Positions 1-12,960 of a stretch of DNA of 64,000 nucleotides are shown here, piece by piece. The stretch is from Vicugna vicugna. Its lineage: Eukaryota. The notes below the pieces were generated by a model, which had not been told where the DNA came from, ran no database searches, and saw only the letters and a program-made list of their open reading frames with translations. Position 1 is the first letter of the stretch; each line of letters opens with the position of its first letter. The DNA is taken from positions 11,802,184 to 11,866,183 of the forward strand of contig MU058844.1 in NCBI GenBank assembly GCA_013265495.1. The letters run 5' to 3'. The position numbers and the translations under genes were made by a program.

Positions 1-470
1 GACACAGGACAAGAGTGGGAACTACTGCATAGATTCACAGAGTCCAAATTTATCATAGAAGTTCTTTGTATATCCCGAAGTTACCAAATGCAGATGAATG
101 CTGTAACTACTGGACATATTTTCTTATGCTCATGTGAGGACTAGAATTTTCTTCCACCCTAAAGATACAAATAGTACTTAGAAATGAGATTAAGAAGAAC
201 CCAAAGTTATGGGTTCATGTACATCACTAATTACCATGGTGTTTCAACAATTCGACAGTCATTAATCCTGAACTGTAACTAAGGGTAATTAAAATTAATG
301 AAAAGGCTCTTTAAGTTCAATATAACATGATTTTCTGAGTTCAGTATAACATTGTCACAGAGCAAAAGAATATTTGCTGTGTTATCGTTGAAATAATTAT
401 GGTTAGTTAAAATAGTTGCGTTTACCATGAATTGTCCAGCATTTAAATTTTAATCCTAGATAAATCCACC

Positions 471-500
471 TGTATTAGTCAGGGTTCCTCAGGGAGACAG

Positions 501-537
<37 letters not shown>

Positions 538-915
538 ACACACGCACGATGTATACCCAGGACTGGGAAGTCCCAAGGTGTGCATTTGGCAAGCTGGAGA
601 TCCAGGAGAATGGGTTGTATAATTCCAGTTGGAGTCCAAAGGCCTGAGAACCAGGAGAACCAAAGAGGTAGGTTCCAGACCAAGGGCAGGAAAATACTGA
701 TGTCCCAGCTCAAGGACTCAGCCTTTTTGTTCTATTCAGGTCTTCAATTGAGTGGATGAGGCACATCCACATTAGGAGGGTATCTTTACTCTGTCTACCA
801 GTCCAGATGCCATCTCACCCATTAACACCTTCACACTCATACTCAGAGTCATGTTTGACCAAATGTCTGGGCACCTGTGACATAATCAAGGTGACACATA
901 AAATTAAACATCATA
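471..915 (-). mobile_element. MLT2-type (ERVL) solo LTR containing a (CA)n microsatellite at about 502-543
   Basis: Diagnostic ends tgtattagtcagggttc...gacacataaaattaaacatcata and internal ggcctgagaaccaggaga motif, reverse of the MLT2 consensus. Confidence 0.85.
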
Positions 916-3900
916 TGACCCAAAAGGATGTTCCTTTTAAACTTCATCATTTTTCTAAGATGAAATGAGCTGTTTTATTTCTCTTAAAGTTTATTGTTCA
1001 TTTTAAAATTAAATTAAATAATACATATTGATTAATATAATACTCCAAAAAAGGATAATTTACATTTACAGAAAAATGAATTCAGAATTAAAGATCTCAA
1101 AGGCATTGCAAATATCTAAATAATTCTATCAAAGGAGAAAACCACATTAATATGTAGTAACTCCTCTAGTCCTTCCAATAAATATTCATTGAGCTGCTAT
1201 TAAGTTTTGGGCATTTTGCTAAATGCAAATGATATATGAATGAGTGAAGTAGATATGATCTCTGTTATCATTGGACTTTTAATCTAGTGGAGAAAACCAG
1301 CATTTCATAATCACACAAATCAATACAAATTTTGATAAAACTTGACTATATCCCTAAACAAGGTACAGTCTTTCCCTGGATACTGGTTCTAAAGTTACCT
1401 GTAAGTCACACATTACTCACACTCAAATTTTCCCTTGAAAAATACTTCAGTTTCCCCTCAATTAGAAAATGTATAGTTTTAAGCATACAAATCTATACCG
1501 TTGTATGGAAATCGAAACCAAGAAGAAATTCAAGTCTTCTATCTCATGAGCACCCAAGGGGTAGAACTGAATGGAATGATGGGCTGAATTTTCCATAGCA
1601 TTCAAATTATTTTCTCTCAATATCTACTCCCATTTTCTCCCTCTCTTACCAGCTCCTATGAATAAAATTTTCTAAATTAAATGCACTTATGATGGGACAT
1701 CACTGTGAGGGATGCATCTGTTTCTTGAGAATGAGACTATCTTTAAGGCAAGGTCAAAATTGTATTCTTAGCATCTAACATTGTAACTGGAACCTAAAAT
1801 AATTGTTTATTTAATTAGCATGGAAAACTGTTGTCAAAACTCAGACTAGAAAAGAATCCTCCATTCTCAAAAAGCTTGTAATCCACACCATACTAAATGA
1901 AAACAATTGAAAAATCTCATACAAAGACATTTTAAATTGACTATGGTGACTGAAGTCAAGTGGTAGAGTTATAAATCATGTCAAAAGGCAACACTAGACT
2001 AGGACCACAATTATATAGCTCATTCCAGCCTAGTAATTACTTATGGAGAGTTGGCTATGTGGTAGACACTGTTTTAGGTATTTATTTAAGAAGAAAAAAA
2101 GAACTAAGGTACCTCTAATTCTAGATGATGAAGGAAATGACATTAAGAATGTATCAAATTTAGCAACTTTTATTCAGCAAGCTACAATAGTTAATAACAA
2201 GAACATCAGAAAAAGTGTGGGATATAACCATGTCTTTGAGAATGAAGACTTCAGCAACCAGTTGTCCAGGGGTGACAAAATGCTTAAATGGCATCCAAGG
2301 CCAATTTGCGATATTGTCAAATGGAAACAAATTATATACATTAAAAATATGAATAAAGCATAGTACTATACTTGAGGGACTTTTGGTCTGTGTTCGACTA
2401 AAAGAAGCAGAATATAAATCAATATAACACACTAAGTCTAGGAGGCACATGCATTAAAATGATAGTGGGGAGGATACAGATGTTCAAAGGAACCAGGGAA
2501 TTAAAACAAACAAACAAACAAACACACACAAAAACCCTGAACCACTGAACAGCAGGTTGTGTAAGCAAAAGCCATTCAGTGTTACTAGAGCAGAGAAATG
2601 AGGCTGTAAATGAAAGCAGGGACTGGATTATGGCTTTTATGTACACCGTGCTGGGCAGACGGAACTGCGCCCTATGGCAATAGGGAGCATTCACATGGAA
2701 ATAGTATGATCAAACTGACATTTCTCAGGCATCAGTTGAAAGATTGTTTGGGAGGCAGTAAAACTGGACTGGGACCATCAAACAAGGTGACTTCACAGAT
2801 TGCAGATGAGCGATCACAATGATTGATACCAGGACAGTGATAAAAGAGATAGATGGGGGAGGGAGGGATTAAAGAAATATTTAAGACATGAAATAAGCAG
2901 GATCTGGTGACTGATTTGATACCAGAAATTAAGAATAGATATCTGGCTCAGGTAAATAGATACATGATGTCACTTTCAACCAGGAGAAGGAATTGCCAGA
3001 AAGAATTGTATTATCTGTTTAAAAAGAAATATTCTTCAATGGAAAGGTTTAGTTGCTCCCACTGTCAAGAAGGTGAGAAAGATCATGGAGCTCAAGCTAT
3101 GTCTCCCTGTGGATTAAAATCAGCCTTAAGCAACAGGACAGTTAGAGAATGACTCAAATTGCAAGCAAGTTACTTAATTCAGTGATGTTCTTTTAGGAAT
3201 GTGACCACTCCAACTTATTTAAGTGCTTGTTAATAGATTATTAACTACTCAAGTGAGAAACTAAGGGAAAGAGATGAGCATAGAGAGAGAAATTTAGAAT
3301 GAATATTAAAAATCACTTTCAACTGAAGATCCAAGCATACTCTTAAAAATTTTGATTCACAGAAATACTCCTCTGGGGCAGATACAACCTGGAAGAAGAA
3401 AAGGAACTTTCTTTTATGACCACCAGAACTTTGATTTCTATGCAGATGTTTATCGTACGACAAACATGCATGCATTTATTGAGCACTTATTCTGCACAAG
3501 GTATTGCTGTGCACTGCTTTTTTCTGAAATAAAGAGGCACATACATATATATAGCTACCAAAAAAACATAAATAGTGGTGAAAGCTTTGGCAAACCATGT
3601 CGTCTTTGCAGACTTCAGATTGATCATTTGTATAATGAGGCCACTGAAATATAAGGGCCTTTCAAACTCTGTGACTCTGACATAAATTGAGGAACCTAAT
3701 GACACATTACTATGATAAAACACTAACTCTTAGAAAAAGTTTAATATTTTAATTATTTTTCCCTACCCTATATAATAAGGATAAGCTCATATTTTCAGGA
3801 ACAATGATGAGATAATTAATTGGTTAGACTCCTTTTCCTTACAGCAAATGACACATTTGACATGACATACTCGCCATGGTAGATGTTATATCCACAAATA

Positions 3901-4275
3901 CAGACTTTTCCAACAAAAAAGATGAGATTCCAGAAATACTCCATCCATCCAGCATCATCATCCTTCTTATCATACTTATGGTAAGACTTGCTTTTTCATA
4001 ACTTAATTTTTTGAAAATGGGGTACATCCCATAATAATTTGGCACTGTAAACATTTATTTCCTCCTTCTAAAGTTTTACTAAATTGATGGCGATTCTGAG
4101 ATTGCAGAAATACTCAGAGCTACTCTTTCTCAAGACTTGGAGCTGCTTTAGGGCACCGTGCTAAAAGCATCCAGTTATTCTCTAAAAACCACTATACAAT
4201 TCAAGTAAAACAAATACAACCAGAATATCTAAGCTCTACCCACCAGAGACCTCTTAATCAGACCACATTACCGTT

Positions 4276-4590
4276 TTCTTTTTAATAGACAGTTTTTTAG
4301 AACAGTTTTAGGCATAGAAAACTGAGAAGATAGTACAGACACTTCCCATATAGCCAGCACCGAATTTCCTCTATTATTAACATCTTACATCAGTATGGTA
4401 TATTTGTCACATTCAATGAATTAGTGTCAATACACTATTATTAACTAAAATCCATATTTCATTCTTATTCCCTTAGTTTTTAATTAATGCCTTTTTACCC
4501 CCTATTCCAGGATCTCATTCAGGATACCGTAATACTTTAAGTCAGAATGTCTGCTTGGGCTACTCCTGGCTATGTCAGTTTCTTAGACTG
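4276..4590 (-). mobile_element. L1MC-type LINE-1 3' UTR fragment
   Basis: ttttaatagac...ttttagaacagttttagg...tattattaactaaaatccata...ttccaggatctcattcaggatacc resembles the L1MC3-like 3' end in reverse. Confidence 0.75.
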
Positions 4591-5034
4591 TGGCCAGAAA
4601 ATAGTGATGGAAACAGACCAATTGCATTTCCACATTTATTTCCATATCTACATGATTTATTTTAGAATTTTGATGGAAATATGAGTAATAACACTCACAG
4701 TTATCATTTCTCACTCTACCCTATGCCTTGGAAAAAGATAAAGAACCTGAAATGCTAAGTACTTCTCCAATATGTGATATTTTTCTCAAAATATACAAGG
4801 GGAAGGAGGAAACGACTATGGCCTCTGATAGAGGCACACACAAATGGAGACAAAAAATCTTACAGACTGCTCATTAATAATGTGTTTGCAATGTATCATC
4901 TACCATGTAATTTACACACAGCTTAAATACTTGTAGTCAATAAATACATCATTCATATGAGCGAGGATATAGTCAAAATACTGTCGATTTAATCAAATCC
5001 CACAAATGAGAACTCTTTTTCTCATTATTACTAG

Positions 5035-5405
5035 ATTCAGTTTATTCATTCATTGATAAATTCACTGAATTAAAATTTATTGTGCCTAGGGACTAGGGGA
5101 TGTTTTAGAAACTGAGAACACAAGAGTGTTAGCTCACAGAACTAACATTCCAATTGGAAACTTAATTGATCATTATTATGTATTAATAAGTGCTGTCACT
5201 TATCAAGCAGAACAAACAAGAACGATAGCAAGATAAGGAGTGACAAGGTGTTTTCTTGAGAAGTATAGTCAGAGAAGATCTTTTGAAGAAGTGTCATTTG
5301 AGCAGAAGGTTATATGAAATACAGACATGAGCCATGTAAATAGCTAAAAGTAACAGTGACCACAAACGTTTTGAGCAATCGTGTATGGAGTGTTCAAAAA
5401 ATAGC
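5035..5405 (-). mobile_element. L2 LINE 3' fragment
   Basis: ttcattcattcatt tail followed by tttattgtgcct... and gaagtgtcatttgagcaga motifs. Confidence 0.6.
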
Positions 5406-8319
5406 AATTTAAATGTTTATAGTCTGTTGGCAGTTTGAGGAAAAGGGACTTTTCCCAAAACATATTTCTGGAGAAAATACAATTTTAAAATGTTTCTTCT
5501 CTATAAAAACCAACAAACAAATGACCAAGACCTCCCTTTCACCTCTATTGGTGGCAGCTAAAGACTTTGACAACGTAAAGTCTTAAGTTTTCTTGCCAAA
5601 TAGCTAGTTATTTATAAAGTTTAAATAAATACATTCTTCCTATAAAGAAATATACATTTCTTGTGCAACTCTGGTTAATTTCTTCTAATGTGTATTTTTG
5701 TACATTTATCATGGAAGCTGTTAATGTCAAACAGAGTAACCAGATTTATAGAGTAAGGAGAATGAAGTAATTGCTTATCAAGACAGGTGCCCCTGGATGC
5801 TTAATGCATTTATTCACTATTATTACATAGTGAAGTAGGTATTATGCACCTCATTTTTAGAGATCAAAAATCTAAAGGGCTTTTGTAACTCATGCCCATG
5901 GAACTCCTAAATGGTAATTATAGTATATAAACCCATTCTGAGAGATTGCAAATTTTGTAACGTACACACGTGTAAGCTTTCACTAGTAATTAATACACTG
6001 CAAATAAACATCGGTGTTTTTAAAATCTACCCAACCCACTTGAAAAGATTAAAAATAATGCTATCAACTAATTTATAGAGAAATATAAAAACACTGTTAT
6101 TGAAAGAACAAATTGATAAAATATTTAGAAATTTCACATAATAGAATATGACATGCTAAGATACAATATAATATATATATTTTAAAATGTTAACACCATT
6201 TGCTTTTCTGAATATTTACTCTAAACTGAGAAAAAAGTCATAGTTCTTTGCTATGACATTATAAAAATCTGCAAACAAAAATTACACAACAAAAACGTTA
6301 AATACTAAGTATGTATTGGGATAAATTTTAACAGACCTGTGGAAGGGTTACTTTCAGTCATTAAAAATCAAATTCCTTTGTATGACTATGGGGAAATATA
6401 TAAGACACATTAGTTCAAAAGGATAAGTTATGTACAACATGCATATTTTCATATATATATTAAAACTAAAGGTAATTACTATATTTAAAAAGTAATATCT
6501 GAGAAATGGGGTTAGAGGTTTTTAAAAATTTTTATCTATATTTTTCAAATTCTCTGAAATGAGTATATATTTACTCAACACAAAAGAAAAAGAAAAATGG
6601 TATAATAAACAGCTCCACACTGGTAAAAGTCAGAGCCATAATCACATATTTAGAGGTAAAAAGATTATGAAAAGAGTAATATTTGGCAAGCATGATTTAA
6701 GATGCAGTGGCCAAGACCTCAGCCTGAAACAAATGAAATGCTTCAATCGACTTTCATCAGTAGTTGTGCCTCTACTGTACATTTTCTTGGTTCCCCAGGA
6801 TTGACATTAACTAGTGGTCCTGTCCTAGGACTCGGCCTTGGGTCCTAGAATCTCCAACCAGAGCTTTCCTGAGTCTGAGGTCTCTTTCCCAAGACTGTGG
6901 TCTTTCCTCAAAGACCAACATTTCAGGGTGCACCCTCAGCTCTAATGTACGCATCTCCACTAACTGCTACCCTCATTCTTTGAATGCTGCTATTTTTCAG
7001 AAATTTAGCACTTAGAATGAAATGACAGTATACGTAAAGTTAACACAGAGACCACTTTATTTAGCATCATATATGTCATTTACTTTTAATTTTTCACATT
7101 AGCTGGTCTTAAACATAAGTTTACCTTATATTATGTTCAATTAAAGAAATGGCCATTTACACCCATGCTCAAGGAAAAAAAAAACTTAACCAATGAATTG
7201 CAATCTAGCATAGTACACAAAAGTATTAGGTGTGCTATTCTTGAATTCAGGAAAATCTCAAAGGCAATTTTCAATAAAGTTTATTCTCTACTTATATGCT
7301 GATTTATAGAAGTTATCTCTTGTCTAAGATTCTATCCACTTAGATCTGTATTAAAATGTGTTGCACATGTTTAAATTGACTATAAGCTACTAATGAGTAA
7401 ATTGAGCATATACAATTTTCAATATCTTTGTAAATGATTAGATTCAAGAGCAAAAACTAACATAAATACACTTCTGTCACGGGCCAGTTACTTTCCTGTG
7501 CTGGATTAGTTCATCCTTCTCATGTGTGTGTGGCTGTGTGTGCAAGTACATGCCCATATGCATATTTCTTAACCCCTGCTTATAGGAAACACTACGGGTA
7601 GAGCAGCATCCTCGGTGAAGCAATGGTGAAAATGGGAAAAAGGAAGCAATGTTCATTCACGTGGCCTTTCACCTTGCTTTTAAACTGAGGGTAATAAATA
7701 CCCTTGAATTTCATGAAAAATAACTGGTGCTTTTCAGAATTCAGTTTACACCCTCTCCGGTTCTCAGTTTGATTTTTAAGATCCTCGTGGATGAAATTCT
7801 TCTTGCCAGGCATCCACGGTCTCCCTTCCTCTACCCACTTCTTCTGAAACACTGGTTATTTTTCCTTACTCTGCTTACTTCCTGTCCCTTTCCAGTATAT
7901 GCCAGGTTCCCCATCCACACGTTCTCCAGCATTTGTAACAGAAGCACCATGACTGACTCATCGACGACGCAATTTCATTTTCAGATCCAATATTTCTCCC
8001 TGATTTTCATTCTTAAATGTCTCACTAATAAAAAGAAAATGTTCCAATTTTCTAGTCTTTATTCTGACTTACTGATCACCTAAGATATAGTCATTTGGTC
8101 CCTCAATATTCTTGTCTGTATTTAGAGATGTGATGATTATTAAAAAAATTTATACATTATATTTCTATATATGATTTTGCAATAACAAATTTTGATAGTT
8201 TCTTGGTAAATTGTCATAGACATAAAACTTGATTAAAGTAACAACAAAAGACAATACAGGTATTCACTTATATCCTATTCAATACAAATATATGCAAAAC
8301 AGAATTGAATGTACATCAC

Positions 8320-8740
8320 ACATTCATTCATTCATTCATCCATCAAATAGTATATGCCCAGAAATATACTGATGGGCAAAAAAAAAAAAAATCACAGGTT
8401 TGGTCCCCATAAAACTTGCGGCCTAGTGGGAAAATATATATTTAACAAATAAACTAACAAATGTATTATTAAAATTTGAGATAAGGGCTTTGAATGAAAG
8501 GAACATAATGTCAAAAGAGAGCAGAAAGCAAAGGAAACTAATCTCAGTTGGATGCTGGAGGCAGGTGGTCAAGGAAATTGGCCCTGAGGAAGTGAAGTTT
8601 GAGCTTAAATCTGAACATGAGTAAGAATTAACCAGGTTACCAGCAAGAGAAGAAAGCTCCAAACAGAACCAGCACTTCCAGAATTCCTGAGGAGGCAGGG
8701 GCACGCCATGTCCAAAATGGCTGACATGATCAGGACCACA
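8320..8740 (-). mobile_element. L2 LINE 3' fragment
   Basis: (ttca)n tail, tatatgccca, ggtcaaggaa...ctgaggaagtgaagtttgagcttaaatctgaa typical of L2. Confidence 0.7.
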
Positions 8741-8944
8741 TCAATTAAGACACATTTTCATTTACTCAATAAATGATCATGGGTACAATATGTCACTGCA
8801 TTAGATAATCAGTTTCACAAAAAACATGATCACTACCATATTTTTCAACACAAAGTTGTTTTTATTTGACATTTATTTCCCCAAATAGGGGATTTACTTA
8901 CTATCTATCAAGAACTTTCTATCATTATTTAATGGAATTCTATT

Positions 8945-9065
8945 ACACCTGGGAAATTGAGGCTTAGAATGGTTAGGCAATTTGTCCAAGGTCACAAGGC
9001 TGATAAGGGGCAAACCTTAGAACTGAATCAGCCCTGCCCAAAATCCAGTCTCTTTCCACTTGACC
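8945..9065 (-). mobile_element. MIR SINE fragment
   Basis: Core gaaattgaggcttagaatggttaggcaatttgtccaaggtcaca. Confidence 0.8.
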
Positions 9066-10454
9066 TCATTTCCACCAGATTAATGAAACTTGCATTCCCG
9101 GCTGTCGAGCAGAGCAATCTTACTCTTCTTAAATAATCATTTTAAATGCAGTGTACAGCTCTGTAAGGGTAGTTTTCAGACAGTGATGTTTAAGGCTCCC
9201 ATACAATTATGTAAATTAACCAGACTGCATGCAAGAGCTGAGATTATTTAGAAGTACCTATTTTTAGTCACAGACCATCTCCCTTGGCTCTGTTTTTCTC
9301 CACACAATGATCCAGTGATCCCAATGTGCTATCTATTCTTCCACATTCTTCCTAATAACAATGATTTAGAGCCAACTACCAAGTTTGAAGACTGGAAGAA
9401 AATGGCAAATATTGGTTTACGATAGAACAAGCAAATCCCCAATGCAGAGCCTGAGATGAGGGACAGCATCTGGGGTGAGCAGACTCCACTGTCTAGTCTC
9501 CCTCAGTGCCTTACCTAGACATGACACATCCACACTTGGGTGGTCTCGGCACCCTGCAGTCGACCAGGTCCAGTGGTCCAGAACTCTTTGCATACTGTTT
9601 GGGGCCTGAGGGGTGGGGTCACACAGCACCTTTGGCTTTATTACCTGGAAAGGATATTTTTTTTACTATACTAGGATTACTTAAACAAATTATTTAAGAC
9701 TTCAAATTTTTATTACACCATTGGGTCTGCTCAAGGGTTCAGGGTCACAGCTCTAGGGACAGCCTGCCTGCCATACTTGAAAACGTTCACATTTTATCCT
9801 CACTGTCTAGAACATTCTATATCTCTGATTCTGTTTGAAAGCACATCATGCATTCCAGTCCTTTCTTCATACCCATCTATACTTTATTTTTTAAGGGTCA
9901 TTCAACACTCATCTTCCTGTAACTATTAGGCTGAGCTAAATTTTAATTTCACTTACTTTAAACAATAACTCTTAGAATTTGATATGCTAGCCTATATTTT
10001 AATAACAATTCTTACATATGTTTTAAATGTACTTAAGCCCTGTATATGCATTTCAGCACAGAAATGCCAAATATTCTTATAGAGAGAAAGATTACAGAAA
10101 ATCAATATCATAAGGTATATACTGGTCAAGAAGAAAAAAGAGTAATTATGTATCTTGGGCTTTATCACCTCCACCTTGAATATTTGCATTTATCATGTCT
10201 AAATACATGCTTCCTTTTAAACTGCTAAATTTATTGCTTGACTGTCATGTTACTAGTTTAATCCTCACCAAGTTATTTGCATGTTCTAAAGAACAATATA
10301 TCTTTCATAATTTTATTTGGTTACACTGAAGAGGAGGCTAAGTTTAGATGAGAGATTTCTAACAATTTATCTTCTTTGGAGATGTATGTTTCTTGTTATT
10401 TGATGGGAGAACTTAGCTGTAGACCAATGCTCTGACTGGATGTTATCAGGATTT

Positions 10455-10647
10455 CTTTCTTTTTATTTTCTTTCTTTTAATTTTTTTAAACCTTCTTCTT
10501 ATTTATTTATTTATTTATTTTTTTTTTTTGAAGGGGGAGTTAATTAGGTTAACTTATTTATGTAGTTTTTAGAGGAGTAACAGGGGATTGAATCCAGGAC
10601 CTTGTGCATGCTGAACATGCGCTCTACCACTTGAGCTATATCTTCCC
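10455..10647 (-). mobile_element. Camelid tRNA-derived SINE (Vic-1-like)
   Basis: Reverse of the tRNA-like head (gggaagatatagctcaagtggtagagcgcatgttcagcatgcacaaggtcctggattcaatcccc) with A/B boxes, aacctaattaac body motif and long A-rich tail. Possible degenerate TSD atcaggatttctttc / acctggatttgtttc. Confidence 0.85.
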
Positions 10648-11085
10648 AACCTGGATTTGTTTCCTCTTAAAACTACTAAATGAGCTATTCAAATTGCTTA
10701 CTGAGTTTTTCAAGGAGACTTCAGAGCAGATGTATACCTCCTGTGCCTCAAACTTCTGACATTTTAAATCTTAATCAAATGGTACACTTCTAATAACCAA
10801 CAGAGTAAATCTGCCTGAAGTCCCTTCTCAAAATTCTCCTGTGATTATAATTAAACTGCACAAAATCTGAGTTATTGGTCTTGATGTGGGACTGAAGAAA
10901 ATGTCTGGTTCGGTCTCCTGTGGCTGCTGGACTCTCTGGCTTCTCTGAACCAAAGCGAAATACCTCTAGGACGGCACAGCCCAGGGGGCCTGGGAATCTG
11001 CATGAGCGAGCAGTCACTTGAGCTGCTTGTTCCTAGTGCACCAGATTATTTTTACAAAGTCCTATTTCTACAAACTTTCACTTCT

Positions 11086-11295
11086 AAAATAAGTAAGTCA
11101 TGAGGATGTAATGTAAAGGACGGGGAATACCGTCAATAATATTGTATTAACTTTGTATAGTGACAAATGGTAACCAAACTTATTGTGGTGATCATTTCAC
11201 AATGTATACAAATGTCAAAACCCTACGTTGTTCATGTGGAGTATAACGTGGCATATCATATATATTTCAGCAAAAAAGGAAAAATAGAAAAAAAA
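11086..11295 (+). mobile_element. LINE-1 3' terminal fragment
   Basis: gtcatgaggatgtaatgta...gtggtgatcatttcacaatgtatacaaatgtcaaa followed by an A-rich tail. Resembles the L1 3' end at 59700-59880. Confidence 0.8.
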
Positions 11296-12674
11296 CCCCT
11301 CTCTTCTTGCATCCATTAACACTGTATAAACCCTCAAAACCATTCTAATTAAACTTAAACCTTATGTATACAACCTCAATTCTCCAACAGCATATAGGAA
11401 AATTATATTCTAACATCCACATAATTCCTCTAGACTATTCATATTTATCTAAGTTGACCATTCAGCATTAATATAACTGTGCTCAAGAGTCATTTTTTCC
11501 TCCTGCATTTGGATTTTTACTTTTTTAAAGTTAAAATCTGGTTTCAAACCATATGCTTAGAACTTTATGAACTACTCTTCTTAAAATGTATTTAGTAAAC
11601 AAATAATGGAAAAATGCTATCACATTGTTTTGGTGGCAGTCAGACAAACTCCCATTATCTGAGGTCAATGGGAACAACATTAATAGCATTATTAATAAAA
11701 ATAATAAAAAAATTATTTTTTCATGCATTAAAAAAAAGTATATACAGATTACCTACTAGGCTCAAACTAAGCGATCTCAAAGCTTAGGGAAAAGGAGGAA
11801 ATGACAAAGTTTGTTTCACAGTAGTTACTAAGCAAACAGATTAGAATGATAAAAATATGCACATAGGATAAGAGAAGCAATTATTTGTTTCACATTGGAG
11901 AAAGATATACAGTAAAAGCTTTGTTCATTCATTGTTGTTTGTTGTTAAATACATTATCTTAAAACTTATAAAAATCCCTCAATACTACTCTTAACATCAT
12001 TTCCTTAAATTATAATACATAGAACATTTAAACAGAACTAATTTTTTTAATTACTGCTATCAACAGCAGTTACTAAATACATTACAAAGGGTCAAACACT
12101 AATGAATATTTTTTCTTATATTGCAAAGATAATCATAGTTCCAAAGAGCCTCAAAATCTCCCTTGGAAAATGTACTTGTAATAATAAGAAAATTAGAAAA
12201 CAAAAACAAGTTCTATTATGTTTGTTGGAAAAAAAAAAAGAAATATTTGGTGTCCTTATGGACATTATGAGACTAGAGGGGAGCATCTATTCTTTCTTGT
12301 TCAACAGAAACAATTCACAGACCAGTTTTTCCTCCCATTTCAAACTGAATCAATATTAAATAAAAATAGGATGAAAACCTACAGAGTCATCTAAATGAAA
12401 TACAAAAGAGTTTTTAACTATAAATATGTTTTAGTTCAAACATCTAGTTTTAAAAAAGAAGCTAATGTAAATAAACACATCTCACGTTTCCTTACCAACT
12501 ATTCACATTTCATGTAAAGTCACCTCATTAGGATAATATAAGTGCTTTCTCATAGACTTCATGTAATGACTGCATGTAATGCCCACAATAAATCAAAATA
12601 AATCATAAAATGTGTCTGATGCCATCTGGGAGAACAGTAAACACTGAACCTCTGCAGGGTTCTTCTGGGGTTAG

Positions 12675-12960
12675 CTCACTCATTCATTCTTTCACTTATC
12701 ATTTGAATGGATACGTACTGAGCACCAACTTTGTGCAAGACACTACTCAAGACACAGAGGGGCCCAAGGTGAAAAAGAATAAGGCAGGTAAGGCCTCTTC
12801 CCTCATGGTCCATAATTCTAAAACGTAACAAAATGAAACAAAACAAAACAAAAAACAATGAATAAAAGAATTACAGATTGAAGTACATACCAAGAAAGAA
12901 ATAAAAAAATGGTAACATGACACATGGTGGATGGACAGAGGGAATTTTAGATAGGAAAGG
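12675..12960 (-). mobile_element. L2 LINE 3' fragment
   Basis: cactcattcattc tail, actgagcaccaactttgtgcaagacact motif. Confidence 0.65.

Noticed and set aside
10790..11040. GC-richer patch with a 75-aa ORF
   Set aside because: Non-ATG start and no recognisable protein. Part of it (gggcctgggaatctgcat) resembles a degraded MER5-type element.
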